Shown one piece after another: positions 18,280 to 34,459 of a DNA stretch of 64,000 nt. Made by a program: the position numbers and the translations under genes. The notes under the pieces were generated by a model. That model saw nothing but the letters and a program-made list of their open reading frames with translations, made no database searches and was not told the origin of the DNA. How positions within the stretch are numbered: the first letter of the stretch is position 1; each line of letters starts with the position of its first letter. The DNA lies in NCBI RefSeq assembly GCF_009914755.1, contig NC_060928.1; one strand, given 5' to 3'. Origin of the DNA: the human T2T-CHM13v2.0 reference genome, Homo sapiens.

Positions 18280-20120
18280 ATGGCTTGAAGCAGGTGAGAG
18301 AGTAACCCATGCAGATATTAGAGGAAAGGAACAAGAGTAGCTGGAAAGATCCAGAGTTAGGAAGCTTCCTGGTGCCCTCCAGGAGTGGCAAGCTGGTCAC
18401 TGTGGCATGAGAAAATTGAGTTAGGGAAAAAGAAGCAGATTAGGTCAAAGAGGTGAAATGGGAGGGAGGTCATGTAGATGTTGTAGGCTACTGTGATGAG
18501 TTTGACTTTTACTCTGGAAGACAGGAAGACAACCATAAAATTTGGGCCATTAGAGTGAAATAATTTGTCTTTATTTTAAAAGGATCACTTTGCCTCCTCT
18601 GTTGGAATAGAATGTGTATGTACTGGAGAGTGGTGGTGGATAGACAGCTATAATGGAAGCTGGGAGACAAATTAGAAAGCAACTGTTTTCTCCCAAATTC
18701 ATTCCCTGCCCTTCCTCTAATTACATCTATATCTTAGAGGTCTAATCCTTAAAAAATATATTTCCCAGATTCCCTTGCTAATTGGTTTCAAACTAAATTT
18801 AGTCAAAAAGAAGCATTGTCATGAAGTTCAGGGCACCAAGAAGGGACAAGCTGGGGCATTGCTCTCTCTCTCTGATTGCTTTGGGTTGTGCCTGTGGCAA
18901 CTGCCACATGTGCCCCATGGCCAGTCCCTGCTGGGCAGGCTACTGTGATTGCCATTTGTATTGGGTGATCTCAGCTTTTGGTTTCCCATGATACCATCTC
19001 TAGGGGTAGCAGCTGGCTATAATAACTAATGTCTGGATTATCCTAACTCTTCTGTTTGTTCTTTCAGGTATTTAACAATGTTGTGACTAATTGGCTTCCA
19101 TTATTTCCCTAGAGTAGGTTCTGTTATTACCCTGGAATATGTTTGTAATAGAGTGGGCTATTACAATCATCTAGGATAAAGATAATCGTGGCTTGGAATA
19201 AGGTGGTAGCAATGGAAGTGATGAGAAGTCATTAGATGCAGAATATATTTTATAGATGGAATGTGATAAAATAAAAAATAAACTGGACTCTGGTTTCCAG
19301 CATATAGTTCCAAAAGACTGAAATTGAAATTTGTGGAGTAATAGGGTATCTTTTGTATGCTAATGAGAAGAGTGGCGGTTGGGGGCCCCTAGAAAGCTTC
19401 AGCATGAGGGCTAGTCACCAGAAAAACTATGACATGATTAGAGGGCTAGAACTTTCAGCCTCACTCCTTGACCTCTGAGGAGAGAAGACAGGCTAGAGAT
19501 TGAGTTCAATCACCAATGGCCAATGATTTAATCAATATCATGCCTACATAACGCAGTCTCCATAGAAACCCCTAAACCGTGGATTTCAGAGAGCTTCTGG
19601 GTTGGCCAACATATCAACAGAGGAGCTGTGAGGTGGGCAAGCCTGAAGAGGGCTTGGAAGGTCCTGTATCTGCCCCCTTTTCTTTGCTTTATGCTTCTCT
19701 TCCATGGGCTGTTCCTAAGTTGTATCTTTTATATAGTCAAAAAGAGTTTTGATATAGGTTGTATGAGTGTTATAAGATAAATAAAAGTCAAAAATGACTC
19801 TAGTGTTTTTCCTGAGAAATTGAAAATGGCATAATTATTATTAACTAAGATGAAAATAATGTAAATAAAGCAAGTCTATGCTGGGAGAGATTAGGGGTTC
19901 AGTTTTGTACATGCTGTGTTTAAGATGCCCATTAACTACCTAATTGGAACGTTTAAATGATCAGTTGTGTATATATGCATCTGGAGTCAGAAGTCCAAAC
20001 TAGAGATATAAATTTAGGAATCAACAGCTTTTATTGTTGTCTATTCAAAGTTATGAGCCTAGATGAGATCATTCCAGAAAGTGAACATATATAAAAGAGA
20101 GATTACCAAAAGTGAATGAG
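18280..20120 (-). mobile_element. L2 relic split by an old LTR (~18684-19150) and a MER21-like LTR fragment (~19265-19735)
   Basis: L2 motifs aaggatcactttg, ggtggtagcaatggaagtgatgagaag, gagatataaatttagga. MER21 motif caatcaccaatggccaatgatttaatcaat. Confidence 0.6.
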
Positions 20121-20164
20121 GACTCCATTTACTATACCTTCAATTATTTAAAATCTTATAAATT

Positions 20165-20865
20165 GGTGCTGTCCAATAGAACTTCCTGCAGAGACAGAAA
20201 TGTTCTATATTTGTACTATCTGAAATAGTAGCTGTATTAGTTTTCTATTTCTACCACAACAAATTGTCTCAACTATAGTGGCTTAAACAACAGTAATTTA
20301 TTATCTTGTAGTTCTGTAGATCAGAAATGCACCATGGTGTCACTGGGCTAAAACCAAGGTGCCAGCATGGTTGCATTCCTTTTTGGAGGCTCTGGTGGAG
20401 AATCTGTTTCTTTGACTGATCTAACTTCTAGAGCCCATTTGCATTCCGTGGCTTGTGGCTCCCTACTTGCATCTTCAAAGCTAGCAAGGCATGTTGAGTT
20501 CTCACAGCTCATTACCCTGATCTTTTCTTCTGTCTTCCTCCTCCACTTTAAGTATCCTTGTGATTAGATTGGAACCCTTGTGGATAATCCAGGATAATCT
20601 TCCCATCTCAAGGCCCTTAACCTTAATCACATGTATAAAGTCCCTTTTGTCATGTAAAGTAACATATCCATAGGTTCCAGGATTAGAATGCATACATTTT
20701 TGGGAGGCCATTACTTTGCCTACCAGCATGACCACTATCACCATATGGTGATTGGACATTTGAAACATGGCTAGTGGAATTGAGAAACAACATTATTTTA
20801 TTTTAACTAATTTAAATGGAAATGGAAATGCATATAGATAATGGCTACCTTATTGGACAGCACAC
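20165..20865. mobile_element. MER3 (hAT-Charlie) MITE interrupted by an MLT1C/D LTR (~20234-20728)
   Basis: Inverted termini gtgctgtccaat / attggacagcac enclose a MaLR LTR that starts tgtattagttttct. Confidence 0.75.
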
Positions 20866-21017
20866 ATCTAGAAGAATAGGAGAGTAAATAGACTAGGGAC
20901 ATGTGGTATGATCACAGACCAACATTAAGAGCCTATGTATGATTTGTAGTTATGAATTTTAAGTAAGACTTTAGCATAGTTGTATTTCTACAGCCATGTT
21001 AACTACTGATGGCACTC

Positions 21018-21379
21018 TATATTAATCCCTTCTCACACTGCTATAAGGACATACTTGAGACTGGGTAATTTATTTTAAAAAAGAGGTTTAATGGACTCAG
21101 TTTCATATGGCTGGGGAGACCTCACAATCATGGTGTAAGGCGAAGAAGGAGTAAAGGCACATCTTACATGGCAGCAGGCAAGAGAGCATGTGAGGGGGAA
21201 TGGCCTTTTATAAAACTATCAGATCTCATGAGAACTCACTCACTATGACAAGAACACCATGGAGGTAACCACCTTCATGATTCAATTACCTCCCACCAGG
21301 TCCCTCCTATGACATGTGGGGATCATGAAAACTACAATCCACGATGAGATTTGGGTGGGGACACAGCCAAACCATATCA
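21018..21379 (-). mobile_element. THE1 solo LTR
   Basis: Ends acacagccaaaccatatca. 5-bp TSD CACTC/CACCC. Confidence 0.9.
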
Positions 21380-21547
21380 CACCCATAAAATTGCCTTGAA
21401 GATACATTATCAAAAAACGATAATTATAAACCAAGGGAGATAAAGGTTTTGAATTTAAGAAACAGTGATGAGCAAAGAGACCAGAAAAATTTCTCTTAAC
21501 TCTAAATAATTATTGAGGCTACCACTCCAAAAATTAATATAATTTTT

Positions 21548-21962
<415 letters not shown>

Positions 21963-22691
21963 ATATAATTTTTAAAAGAAGATTCATTAAACAAAGGATC
22001 CACAATATAATAAAAAATTCCAAACTATCAAAAGCCAAATGATTAATTCTTGACACTTAGGAAATAAATGGATTGATTATTTTGTTCCGAATTTCAGAAC
22101 AACCAATAAAATAAGAGAAATAAGATACAGAATTTGCAAATCATTAGAAAGAAGTAACAAAGTTATAAACAGGGAAGTATTTTTAAATGACACTTGAAAA
22201 CCCAAACAAAAGAAGACATAACACACGATGGCAGCAAAAAGTTTAAACATATTATGATTACAATTATGATTAGATAAGTTCCCCTGTCAAAGACAAAGAA
22301 CAGTAATTAGTTGTTTATAAGAACTACACTTAAATCAAATGACACACAAAGGTAAAAATTGAACAAGGCAATGAGAAGCAAAACAATACCCAGAAATAGA
22401 TTTCAGCAGAAGTGGGAGTCATTCTTTCCAGTATAGGTTTGAATTCACAATACCTGCAGGGCCTAAAAAAGCTCAAATTAAAATTTAATGTAAAGTGGTC
22501 TCCAATTAGTAGTTTCCCAAGATGCCTTGCAGAAGAGGCAATACAAATTCATTCTTTTTTTCTTTTCGCCACAAGGTGGGTGTCATTGTGACTGGCTGCT
22601 ACCTCCCCATGAGTCTTCTAAAATAAAACCTGCAAATTCACATCTTCCCCATGCTTCCAGAGAATGCATATTCTTCCTTTGAAAAAAGAAA

Positions 22692-22818
22692 ACCAGGTAT
22701 GGTTGCATGTGCTTGTAGTTCTAGCTACTCAGGAGTACTCAGGAGGCTGAGGTAGGAGGATCACTTAAGCCTAGGAGTTCAAGTCCAAGTCTAACCAAGA
22801 CATATGGAGACACTCTTT
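22692..22818 (+). mobile_element. FLAM/FRAM-like Alu monomer
   Basis: ccaggtatggttgcatgtgcttgtagttctagctactcaggag with a 10-bp internal tandem duplication. Confidence 0.7.
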
Positions 22819-23287
22819 CTGGGGAGGGGAGGGAAAAAGAGGGCAACACCTAGGGAAACAGATTTAGGTAGAGAGGGACAATAGAATTCTCAATTTATAA
22901 CAAGGAAAAAAATGACTACCAGACATTTGTAAGACGTCAATAGCACAAAAGAGAAACACAACCAGATCATAATTTTTTGGTCAAAGGTCTATAAAACGCT
23001 GGCTAATTCTGAGGATATGGTGCAAAAAAATATGATTTTGTTAACCACAACAAAAAGAAAGGTAAGAAATGCTAGGAGAAAGCTAAAAGCTCCATACTAA
23101 AATAATGGTCCTAATATTAAGCAAAGTAAAATGTGGTATGATTTTGAGTGGTCAGCAGAGTGTAAGAATAATCTATTTGCACTTGATACTTTCAGCTGTC
23201 ACAGAGGTCATAGAATTGGGCTTATTGAGAAGGAAAGGTAAATGCTAGTACACTACTTGGCTCAGAAGTGAACAAAATTGCAGTTTG

Positions 23288-24304
23288 CTCAAACAACTCC
23301 ATAGGAAAAAGTCTAATAATCTGATGTAAAAATGGGCAGAAGATTTGAATAGATATTTCTCAAAAGAAGACATACGAATGGCAAACAGACATATGAAAAT
23401 GTACTCAAAATCATTGATCATCAGAGAAATGTAAATCAAAACTGCAATGAGATATCATCCGACTCCAGTTAAAATGGCTTTTATCCAAAAGTCAGGCAAT
23501 AAAAAATGCTGGTAAGGATGTAGAGAAAAGGGAACCCTTGTACACTGTTAGTGGGAATGTAAATTAATACAATCACTATGGAGAACAGTTTGGAGGATCC
23601 TCAAAAAACTAAAAATAGAGCTACCATATGATTCAGCAATCTCACTGCTAGGTATATACCCAAAAGTATATTGAAGAGACATCTGCACTCCCATGTTTGT
23701 TGCAGCACTGTTCATAATAGCCAAGATTTGGAAGCCACCTAAGTGTCCATCAACAGATGAATGGAGAAACTGTGGTACATATACACAACGGAGTGCTATT
23801 CAGCCATAAAAAAGAATGATACTCTGTCATCTGCAACAACATGAATGGAACTGGAGATCATTATGTTGTTAAATAAGCCAGACACAGAAAGACAAACATC
23901 ACATATTTTCACTTATTTTGGGGATATAAAAGTCAAAACAAACTCATGGAGATAGAGAACAGATAGACGGTTACCAGAGGCTAGGAGGAGGAGTGGTGGG
24001 GGGCAGTTAGTGATGGTTAATTGGTACAAAAAAATGGTTAGAAATAATAAATAAGACCTAGTATTAGATAGGACAACAGGAGGACTATAGTCAAAAATAA
24101 TTTATTTGTACATTTCAAAGTAACTAAAAGAGTGTAATTGTATTATTTGTAGCACATAGGATAAATGCTTGAGGTGACGGATACCCCATTTACCCTGATG
24201 TGATTATTACACATCGTATGCCTGTACCAAAAGATCTCATGTACCTCATAAATACATACACCTACTATATACCCACACAAATTAAAAATTAAAAAAATTT
24301 AAAG
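23288..24304 (+). mobile_element. 5'-truncated L1MA 3' end
   Basis: L1 ORF2 end and 3'UTR. TSD AAATTGCAGTTTG (23275-23287) / AAATTACAGTTTG (24305-24317). Confidence 0.9.
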
Positions 24305-25529
24305 AAATTACAGTTTGTTGGTTTTGAATATTTGACCAAATTTTTTACTAAGCACAGATAGATTGAATATAATTTTATTGTCCTTTTGACATTATGATAA
24401 TGAAGGTATCTACACAGAAGTCTGAGATGAGAAAAAAATGATATAATATCCACCTACTACATAGTGGGTAGTTTATATACTAAAGTTATTGTTATGAGAA
24501 AGAATGGCTTAGGAATATTATTTAAAATTAATTAAGGGGTGTTAAAAATAAAATACCAAGTGTAAAAATGACAAAGGCAAGAAGAAACAGTATATAATGT
24601 GAGTAAATCTTAATCTTTCCAAGAGAGGAGACAGTACATAATGTCTAAAATTGTTAAACCATGAAATAGAAATATAGTTATTTTATTCATAATTAAGGAG
24701 ATAACTACTATAGCACGAAATCGTGCCAAAAATGGTTGCCTCTGGGAAATGTGATTATAGATATTATAATATTTTGGACTGTAAAAATCTGCTTTTAAGA
24801 CTGAGGAAATACAAATAGGACAATATTTATTTGAAATTTGTATCCTCAGGGAGTGTAAAGAAATTAATGTATCCACAAAATAATAATAGCTGCTATTTGA
24901 AAACATAGTTTTCTTGAAAGTTAAAATAGTAATAGTCTTCTAAAAATTTTGTTAGTTTTGGTTTTCTCTTTAATCTGAGTTATGTAGAAAAGTGCTTATT
25001 TCAAATTAGGTAGGCTTGTTTTATTCCTTTTTCTGTCTTTTTTCTATCAACTAGTGTTTTATTGTGTTCAGAAAATGCCATGCATTAAAAGACTACTTTT
25101 GAGAATTTCTAGAGATTTTCTTTGTTACTAAAGAGATTTTTGTAATTGTTACATGGGATTTTAAAAAGAATGTAAATTATCCTTTTTGTCAAGTATAATG
25201 ATTTCTGAAACCTAGCTGTGTCAGAATACTGTATAATACTGTAATAGTATGTTGTTTTTGGCTATGTGTACTTATTTCTTAGAGTGGTATGTTAAAGCCT
25301 CGACCTTGTGACTTTGTTTATTTCTCTCTCTACATCTAAACATTTCCAAGACATGTTATTTGCAATACCAAGACCATAACTATTATGTATTTAATCAAAA
25401 TAAAATATTTCGGCTCTCTATAATTCACCTTGAACTTTATTTTGTTAAATATAAATGTTGTTGATTATACAACATTTCATTATCAATCCCTAGACACATT
25501 TCTAATCCACTATAATTGTTTTAAAATAA

Positions 25530-27990
25530 AAGGAGAAGGGAAGGTTGTAGTAAAACCCTCCCCAAACTCCTCCTCCATAAAAGCAATGAAGATACTGGCA
25601 AAAAAAAAAAAGTCAAAATCAACTTTTTCAGAACTCTGGAAACTAACTGAAGCTTTTCAACAATCTGAGGAACTTTTATTTTAGAAAAATAATTGGATCT
25701 TGGTAACAATGAGCTTTGTGGTGCTTGAACTTACTTTATGCCCATTCAAATTCATGATATCCTTTAAGACCAATAGATTTACACTCGCAGTAACTGAGAA
25801 ACAACAGCCTAGCAGTCACTGGATGGGAAGAAGGGTTTAGAAATCACCCAAATCCACATGCGAAATGACCATTTGACCTGTGTGGAAGCTACCTGAAAAA
25901 CTTCATTCTCAAGGTTTATTATTATTTTATTTAGTTAGTTATTTAGAGAAAGAGTCTCACTCTGTCACCCAGGCTGGAGTGCAGTGACATGATCATGACT
26001 CACTGCAGCCTTGACCTCCTAATTTCAAATGATCCTCCCACCTCAGCCTCCCAAGTAGCTAGGACTACATGTGCTTGACCAACACCTAGTTAATTTTTTG
26101 TTTTTTTAGAGACAGGAGTCTTGCTATTTTGCCCAGGCATGTCTCAATTTCCTAGCCTCAAGTGTTCCTCCCACCTCAGCCTCTCAAAGTGCTAGAATTA
26201 TAGGTGTGGCAGGTTTATCTTTATTTGATAAAGGCCTGACTTAGAGCTTTCTCTGTGAGAATAGCCAAATTCCCAGGTGTGTGTCTAAAGCAACTATTGG
26301 TAATTGTTTAACAAGACAGCTTCCTTAAGCAGAGATCCCATTTAGGGCTAATAAGTGGCTAAGAAACTTAAAAGGAAAAACTGGGGAATGAAAGGACTTT
26401 AGAGGATATTTAAAAGCTCCACACATTCCTGGGAATCTAGAAGGCCACATGCATGTGCAGGACGCTGAACATGTACAGAAAACACTGGAGAAGGTCTTAA
26501 TTGCTCACCTATGGCTGACCTTTAGTTGCTGTAAAATCAAAAGTAAAGGTTAAGGCAGAACTGTAAATTATCTGAAGTGTTGAAGATGTTCCTGAACATA
26601 AACACAGAGTCGGTCAGCAAAGGCTGTGAAACTTATTGGTCTAAGGTATGTAAGGAGATCCCTGTCCAATCGCTAGCTGATGACTAAATTAAAGAATACA
26701 GACTTGACAGAATTAGTCCAGGAAATCACAAATAAATAAAAGAAAAATAAACAAAGAGAGGCACAACAAATAGCAACAGTAGCAAGTCCTGGAAGCCTTA
26801 TTATCATCTGATTTCCAGAGTTGCCACAATATGTTTATTTTAAATGCTTCACTTTTCAATAAAAAATCTTGAGATACCCAAATAAATGAGATAGATGTAT
26901 GCCCTTTATATATGGTGTTGGGGGGCAGAGGTGGAGGAATAAATAGTCAATAGAAACTATCCCTGAGAAAGGCTACTGGACTATTAAGACCTTGTACTTA
27001 CTAGTCAAAGATTTTAAATCAGATATTATAAATATCTTTGAGAACTAAAGGAAACCATGTTTAAAAAATTAAATAAAAATATGAGACTATCTCAAATAGA
27101 AAATATCAATAAAATGGTAGAAATAATTTTAAAGTAAAGTAGAAATAATGCACTTAAAAATTAAATGATATAAAAATTTTACTAGAAGGACTCAAAAACG
27201 GATTTGAAATGGGAGAAGATGGAATCAATGGAGCTAAAGATAGATCAATTGAGATTATCAATTCTAAGGAACACAAAGAAATATGAATGAAAAAAGTTGA
27301 GCAGAGCCTCAGGGATATGTGGGACATCATCAAGCACACCAACATAGGCATAATAAAGTCCCAGAAGGATTGGAGTGAAAGAAAGAGGCAGAAAGAATAT
27401 CTGAAGAAATCGTAGTATAAATTGTTTCCTATTTGATAAAAAACACTAATTTGCACATGCATGGAGATTAAGGAACTCAAAATAGAATCAACTAAAAGGG
27501 ATCCACACCTAGACAAATCATAGTAAAATTGTCAATAGCCAAGGACAAAGAGAGAATTTTGAGAACAACTCATCACCTATAAGTGATCAATAAAATAACT
27601 TTCTATCTGAAACCATGGTGGCCAGAAATGGAATAACATTTTCAAAGTGTTGTAATAAAATCATTGCCAATAAAGAATTATATACCCAAATAAATTTTCC
27701 TGTGAAAATAAAGAGAAAATTAATTCCCAGACAAAAATTCTGAAAAATTAATCCCTAGCAGACCTGCCCTAAAAGAATTACTAAATGGGGCTTTCTAGGC
27801 TGAAATGAGAGATACCAAAGAGCAACTTGAATTCACATAAGACACAAGAATTACTGTTAAAATTAACTACATAAATAAATATAAAACATTATAAATATAT
27901 TTTTATTAGTAACTCTTCTGTCTGATTTAAAAGGCAACTGCGAAAAGCAATAATTATAAAAAAGTGTTGATGGGCTTATAATGAATATAC
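25530..27990 (+). mobile_element. Old L1M 5'UTR/ORF1 relic containing an AluJ (25925-26210, minus)
   Basis: ORF1-like text gagcagagcctcagggatatgtgggacatcatcaagcacaccaacata, agcagacctgccct. Alu flanked by AGGTTTAT. Confidence 0.75.
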
Positions 27991-28769
27991 CAATAATTTA
28001 AACTGATTTTACATTTAAAAATTATTAATGAATTTATTTATGGATTAAATGTTAATGCAGAAATTAGATTTCCTCATCTTTACATGGGATATTTATAGAA
28101 AGAGACATATATATCACAATTAATAATAAACTATCAAATGTTTCCCATTAATATTAAATAACACAAGAATTGTGACTACCATATTACTGTTATCATTCAG
28201 TATTTTTCTGGATTTTCTAGTGCATTCAGTCAGACCAGTAAAAGAAAAATAAAGAGAGATATAATTATTACATAGGAAGCCACAAAGCTGCAATTATTTT
28301 CAAACAATGATTTAAAAATACATGTTTATTAGAAAATAATTTTAATGAAAACCCCCCAAAAGTTAGTGCTAATAGCTTAGGTAGGTGAATTGACAAGACA
28401 TTATCTAAATATACAAAACCCAATAGTTTTCATGTACACAAGTCATTACCAACCAGGTAATACTGAAAAACAAATATGTAACTCACAATAGTACCAAGTG
28501 CATAAAATATCTATGAATAAATAGGAGCCCAGAATGAAATATTTGCATCCTATATAGTAGATTAAGTATTAATAAACATCCAGTAGAAATCAGCATATCA
28601 GGAAAATATTACTTGTAAGTCAATAAGATAAAAGACACAATACAGTAGCAAAAAAGCAGAAATATGCAGGCAAAATTTCTTAGGTTAAATAATTGATACT
28701 GAACAATAAACCACTTTAAAAGTTATAAAAGATTATCAAGCTTGTAAATAAACCAGATCCCATTCCGGG

Positions 28770-28980
28770 TATAGTTATGCAGTTCAATATGGTAAACACT
28801 AGTCACATGTGGCTTTTTAAATCTAAATTAAATAAAATTAAAAATTTAATGTCTTAATTGTACCACCCAAATTTCAAGTGCTCAGTAGTCATATATAGCT
28901 AGTGGCTACTATATTAGACATCATAGATACAGAATATTTACATCAATGCAGACAATTCTACTGAGCAGAACTGGTCTACG
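28770..28980. mobile_element. MER3/MER33-like hAT MITE
   Basis: cactagtcacatgtggct ... gctagtggctactatattagaca. Confidence 0.6.
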
Positions 28981-29323
28981 AGGTTTAAATTAGTTATGTG
29001 GGAAATGGGCCCTGGTTCACTATTGGTGGGAGCGTAAATGTGTCCAGCTTTTATAGAGAGAAATGTGGCAATATATGAAAAAGTTAAAAATGGATTAAGA
29101 ACATTATTTCTTAGTGAGCTATCATCATTTTTGTACATATGTACAGAAAGATAATAAAAGGACACTCATAACATTATTTTATCATGCACAGCAAATAATT
29201 GGAAATATTCTAAATAACATTGACAAATATAGTTAGCTAATTTACATAACCTATTAAGTGAAAAAGCAAGTAACAAAACAATATAAATAGTATATTATGT
29301 GTGTATGTATGTGTGTGCATTTG

Positions 29324-29698
29324 TGATATGGTGAGACTTTGTGTCCCCACCCAAATCTCACCTTGAATTATAATCCCCATAATTATCATAATCCCCACAT
29401 GGCAAGGTGGAGGTAATTGAATCATGGGGGCAGTTTCCCCCATGTTGTTCTCATGATAGTGGGTGAGTTCTCATGAGGTCTGATGGTTTTATAAGGGGCT
29501 CTTCCTCCTTTGCTCTGCACTTCTTCTTCCTTCTACCTTGTGAGGAAGGTCCTTGCTTTCTCTTCACCTTTCCCCATGATTGTAAGTTTCCTGAGGCCTC
29601 CCAGCCATGCTGAACTGTGAGTCAATTAAACCTCTTTCCTTTATATATTACCCCATCTTGGGCAGTTCTTTATAGCAATACAAAAATGGACTAATGCA
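29324..29698 (+). mobile_element. THE1 solo LTR
   Basis: TGATATGG...CTAATGCA ends with a perfect 5-bp TSD ATTTG. Confidence 0.92.
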
Positions 29699-31358
29699 AT
29701 TTGTAAAATCTGTGTGTATTTTTTGTAACTGGAAGAAATAGGCTTTCAAGGATGCTCGATAAACTTTTACAATAATATTATATAATAGTTAACCTTAGAG
29801 AGAGTTGAAATTTAAAAGATACTATCATGTTTTGCTCTTCTGCAGTGTTAGAGTTTTATTCTTTTCATAATTAAAAAAAAAGTTTAAAGAAACCGTAGTA
29901 GTAGAAGCAGCGCCCTAAGTATTTTTCCCACCATTTTAGAGATTTCATCCATTTCAGAGAAACAGTTAACATTGTCACAAACACTAAGAAAATTATTAGT
30001 GTCATACACCCACTTTCCTCAAATAATGGCTGCAATTCAGATATGGAATTCTGAATAATAAAAAATTATACATACTTAAGAAAGAAACATAAAAAATACT
30101 TTTCTATTTTCTAATGTATTACTAAGTTCAGTGAATTCAAATAGAATCCAAACTGTGGCTTGATTGTATCTATACTGAAACAACATCAATTTTTCATCTT
30201 TAACTGTGTGTGTGCTATTAACTTTAAGCCTGATTCATCTCTTGAGGGCTGAGGTGACATACTCATGTAGAGCTATCCTAGAATACAGCCAAGAGCATGG
30301 AAAACAAATCTAATTGTTTTTGTAAAAGTGAGAAATATACATATATTATTTTAGCTGGAACTTTCAGTCAACTGGTAGAAAAATTCAAATTTCATTCTAA
30401 TATCAGAACTTACAGTTAAAGCACTAAAACATATTTATCAGATTCTCCTTTAGTATACACAGATGATTTCTTGTGGGTATGAACATTTTATATCCTATAT
30501 GTCCCTATCACTTTGCATGTCAATTTTAATAACTTTAACATGTTTTTGATAAAAGTCACACCTAACATTTATGAATAATTTAATTTTACTATATAAATAA
30601 CCATTTCTATATTTTCTCATTTAAATTTCATTAGTACACTTTCTGGGAAAATGCTGTCTTTGTGCTGTTAATATCATTATGCTGATTAAGAAATACATTG
30701 GACAAAACAGTAAAGTAGTAAGATGTATTTCTAAGATGTCTTCTCTTAAACCTTTTTAATATTTCTCTCCCTATTTTATCTACTGTCTTCCTCCCACCAT
30801 AACTGAAGCGTTCTGTGTTGTTTCCCACTGCAGTGGCCTATGAAGACCAGTTCTTTCTCATCATGGCTTAATGTTTCCTTCTACAGAATTTAGTTATCCC
30901 ATCTCTTATCATCTCAGAATGTTGGTTTCAGCTAGTTTTCTGTTTGGAGGCAATATAAAATAGTGGTAACAAAAAGCTTTCTTTTGAAGTGTTTACATCC
31001 AAATGTACTTATGCAACCAATAGGAATAAAAACATAATGGCAAAGTTACAGAAAAAAAAGCCAATCAAAGAGGTAGAGCATTTTGAGATGGGGATGTCTG
31101 GGGTCCTTTAAGACATTACCCAAAAGCCTCGTTAGCCCTGTATAATGTTTCATACTGGATATTCCAATTAGTATGTCTGCAATGTGTTTTATTTATAAAT
31201 GTTGAATTTTTCCCATTATGTTTCAAAAAAGATGTGATGGATATATTATTAGCTACAACATTATTCTTTTCTATAGACAGTAAGACCTGATTCATACAAC
31301 CTCTCAAAGGCATTTCTGTCAAAGAGCAGCAAGAGAAAACTGACAGCAGAAATCCTAA

Positions 31359-32025
<667 letters not shown>

Positions 32026-33489
32026 CTAAATCACCTAATATCTTTGGGCTTCCTTACATCATTTGTGAAGTGATGGAGCTTGAATAATAGAATTTCTAAA
32101 GATTCTCTCAGCTGAACCATTGTTTGAGTGGAGATTCCTCTCCCTCTCAGTCTAGATTTAAAAAAATTAAACTGTTTGAGCTAATTGTAGATTCACACAC
32201 AGTTGTACAAAGTAAGACAGAGAGATCCCATGTACCAGCTACCCAGTTTCCTCTAGTGGTAACACGTATATAGTGCACAAGTATAGTATAATATTACAAC
32301 CAGAATACTAGCATTGATTCAGTTAAGATAAAAAACAGCTCACTATTTAATTTCTTAGTATTATTCAGGAAAAGGTAGTATAATTTTTGACAGCTTACTG
32401 TATGGAGTGTTTTACATGCTTTATGTCATTTAGTTCTAATTATACACCACTTTAAAGACAAGGCTCAGCTAAAAGCAGAAGAATCAGGTTCAAGTTCTGC
32501 TTGACTTCACAGCACTTATTCTTACTATTTAGCATGCTGCCCCTGAAACAGATCTCAAAGATCTTTATCATTGCTTCACATAGCATTACATTGTGCCACA
32601 TATATCACTAGAAATATATGTACATTATATGCCTTTGTTTTCCTCAGGAAAACTTTGTTTACAATCTTTTACAGAGGCACAGGCCTGGGAAGATTTAAAA
32701 CATATCCAGGTCTAGGTCACCCCGCCCCTCGGTCATTTGGCCAGGATTAAATTTGCAGCATCTATCTTCCAGGCTCCCTTCTTTCTTTTCTGCCTTTTAC
32801 ACGATAGCCTCATTTTCTGAATAATAAATGATGGCAGAACACAGCACAGAAAGAAGAGACACTTTGAAAGGAGTCATTTATATGTTCCAAGGGAGGAAAA
32901 GTAATTTTACAATCAAATCTGCTCAGATGAGTTCCTTATTTCTATAAAATAAACAAAATCACACTTACTTTTCTATGAAGACATAAATGCAAAATTGAAA
33001 ACCATGCTGATTAGACAGTCTTCTACCATCCCCTACCAATCTAGTAGAGTGCAAATACCAAAGTCTTTCTGAGCCTGTAGGGACTCTTAAACCACTGTAA
33101 CTTGAGTCCCTTAGAAGTAACACTGGAGTAACAATTAATTTACACAATAAATATGTATTGAGGGCCTACCAAATGTCAAAGTTAAAAAACTGAGTACATA
33201 TGGGGAACCAGAAAGATACAGCTCTTCCGTGATATATATAGAATATAAATATATATTTATTTCATAATGAATAATTTTATACAAATATAAATTATTATAC
33301 AAATTAGATTTGTATAATTATATAATTATATAAGTAGACATATATTTACATGTTATATACATTATGGAGGGGATTCATGAGGCATTATAATAACATATAA
33401 AAGGGCAACTTAATAGAATATGAGAGTTCAGAGAAAATTTCTTTGAGAATGAACATCAAACTTGGAAACTGAAGAATGGGAATAACTTC

Positions 33490-33940
33490 TGCATTTGGAC
33501 AGAAGCCTGTGGCCTGGGGACTGGTATCTTTTGTGTGGCTAAGTGCTTGCTCATTCACTTACTTGGAAATTATTCCTGGCTGTGCACTGTGTCCTTCTCT
33601 GGGGCTGTCAGCTGGAACATGTACACATGGCATGGCCTCTCCATGTGGCCTGGGCTTCCTCACAACATGGTGGCTGGGTGTCAAAGATGAGGAGAGAGAG
33701 AGAATGTGAGCCAGGTGGAAGCAGTATCACCTATTATGCTGCAGTGCCCTAGACTAGAAAGCCACTTGGCATCACTCATATTTCATTTTTTTTTAATGTA
33801 GTCACAAAGGCTAGCCCAATTTTATGGGGAGGAGAAATAGACTTTACACCTTAATGAGGAGTGGTAATACTGTGAAAGAGCATTAAAACAGCAAAGATTG
33901 TATTTTTAGAAATTTTGGGGAAATGTAATCTACCTCAAAT
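33490..33940. mobile_element. MLT1-type LTR relic
   Basis: catggcctctccatgtggcctgggcttcctcacaacatgg motif. Confidence 0.65.
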
Positions 33941-34459
33941 AACTATCATAGTTCAAACCTATAAAACAGAGTACAGTTTAGCTGCCACCTTTTAGCCAAG
34001 TGAGGAAAAGCTGCAAGTCCATTTTGTAGAGCCACAAATGCAAAACCTAAATTTTAATTCTAGATTTTATGCTCAATAAAAATGCAATTTTCTCACATAT
34101 ATATTTTATATATTCATTTCCACTTGTTCAACTATGTGTCAAATATCAACTATATTTCAATTTCAATCTCTCAGAATTAAGTGAATAAAAGGCAGATTTA
34201 TAAATAGATTTTATCAAGCATTAACTGTTTTCCACTTTCTGCCACTTTGACCAAAAAATCATTTGCTTTCTAAATGAATTTACTCCATTCACTTTAACCA
34301 ATGCCCCCTTCCTTTTCTTTTGGTTATCTCTGTCTGCCACTTTACTTATTACTGTCTGAGAAAACATAATATTATGACTGCAACAAATGTATTCAACTGT
34401 CCTAATGGAAAGAATCCCAAGGGAAGATGGATAGGAATAAGCAAAGTGAAAAGAGAAAC

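Noticed and set aside
22566-22585. CTCF-like motif GCCACAAGGTGGGTG
   Set aside because: It mismatches core consensus positions and cannot be supported without data.
32965-33147. Minus-strand ORF or acceptor (ctacag at ~33075) as an alternative SNCA last exon
   Set aside because: Poor polypyrimidine tract compared with the 31894 acceptor.
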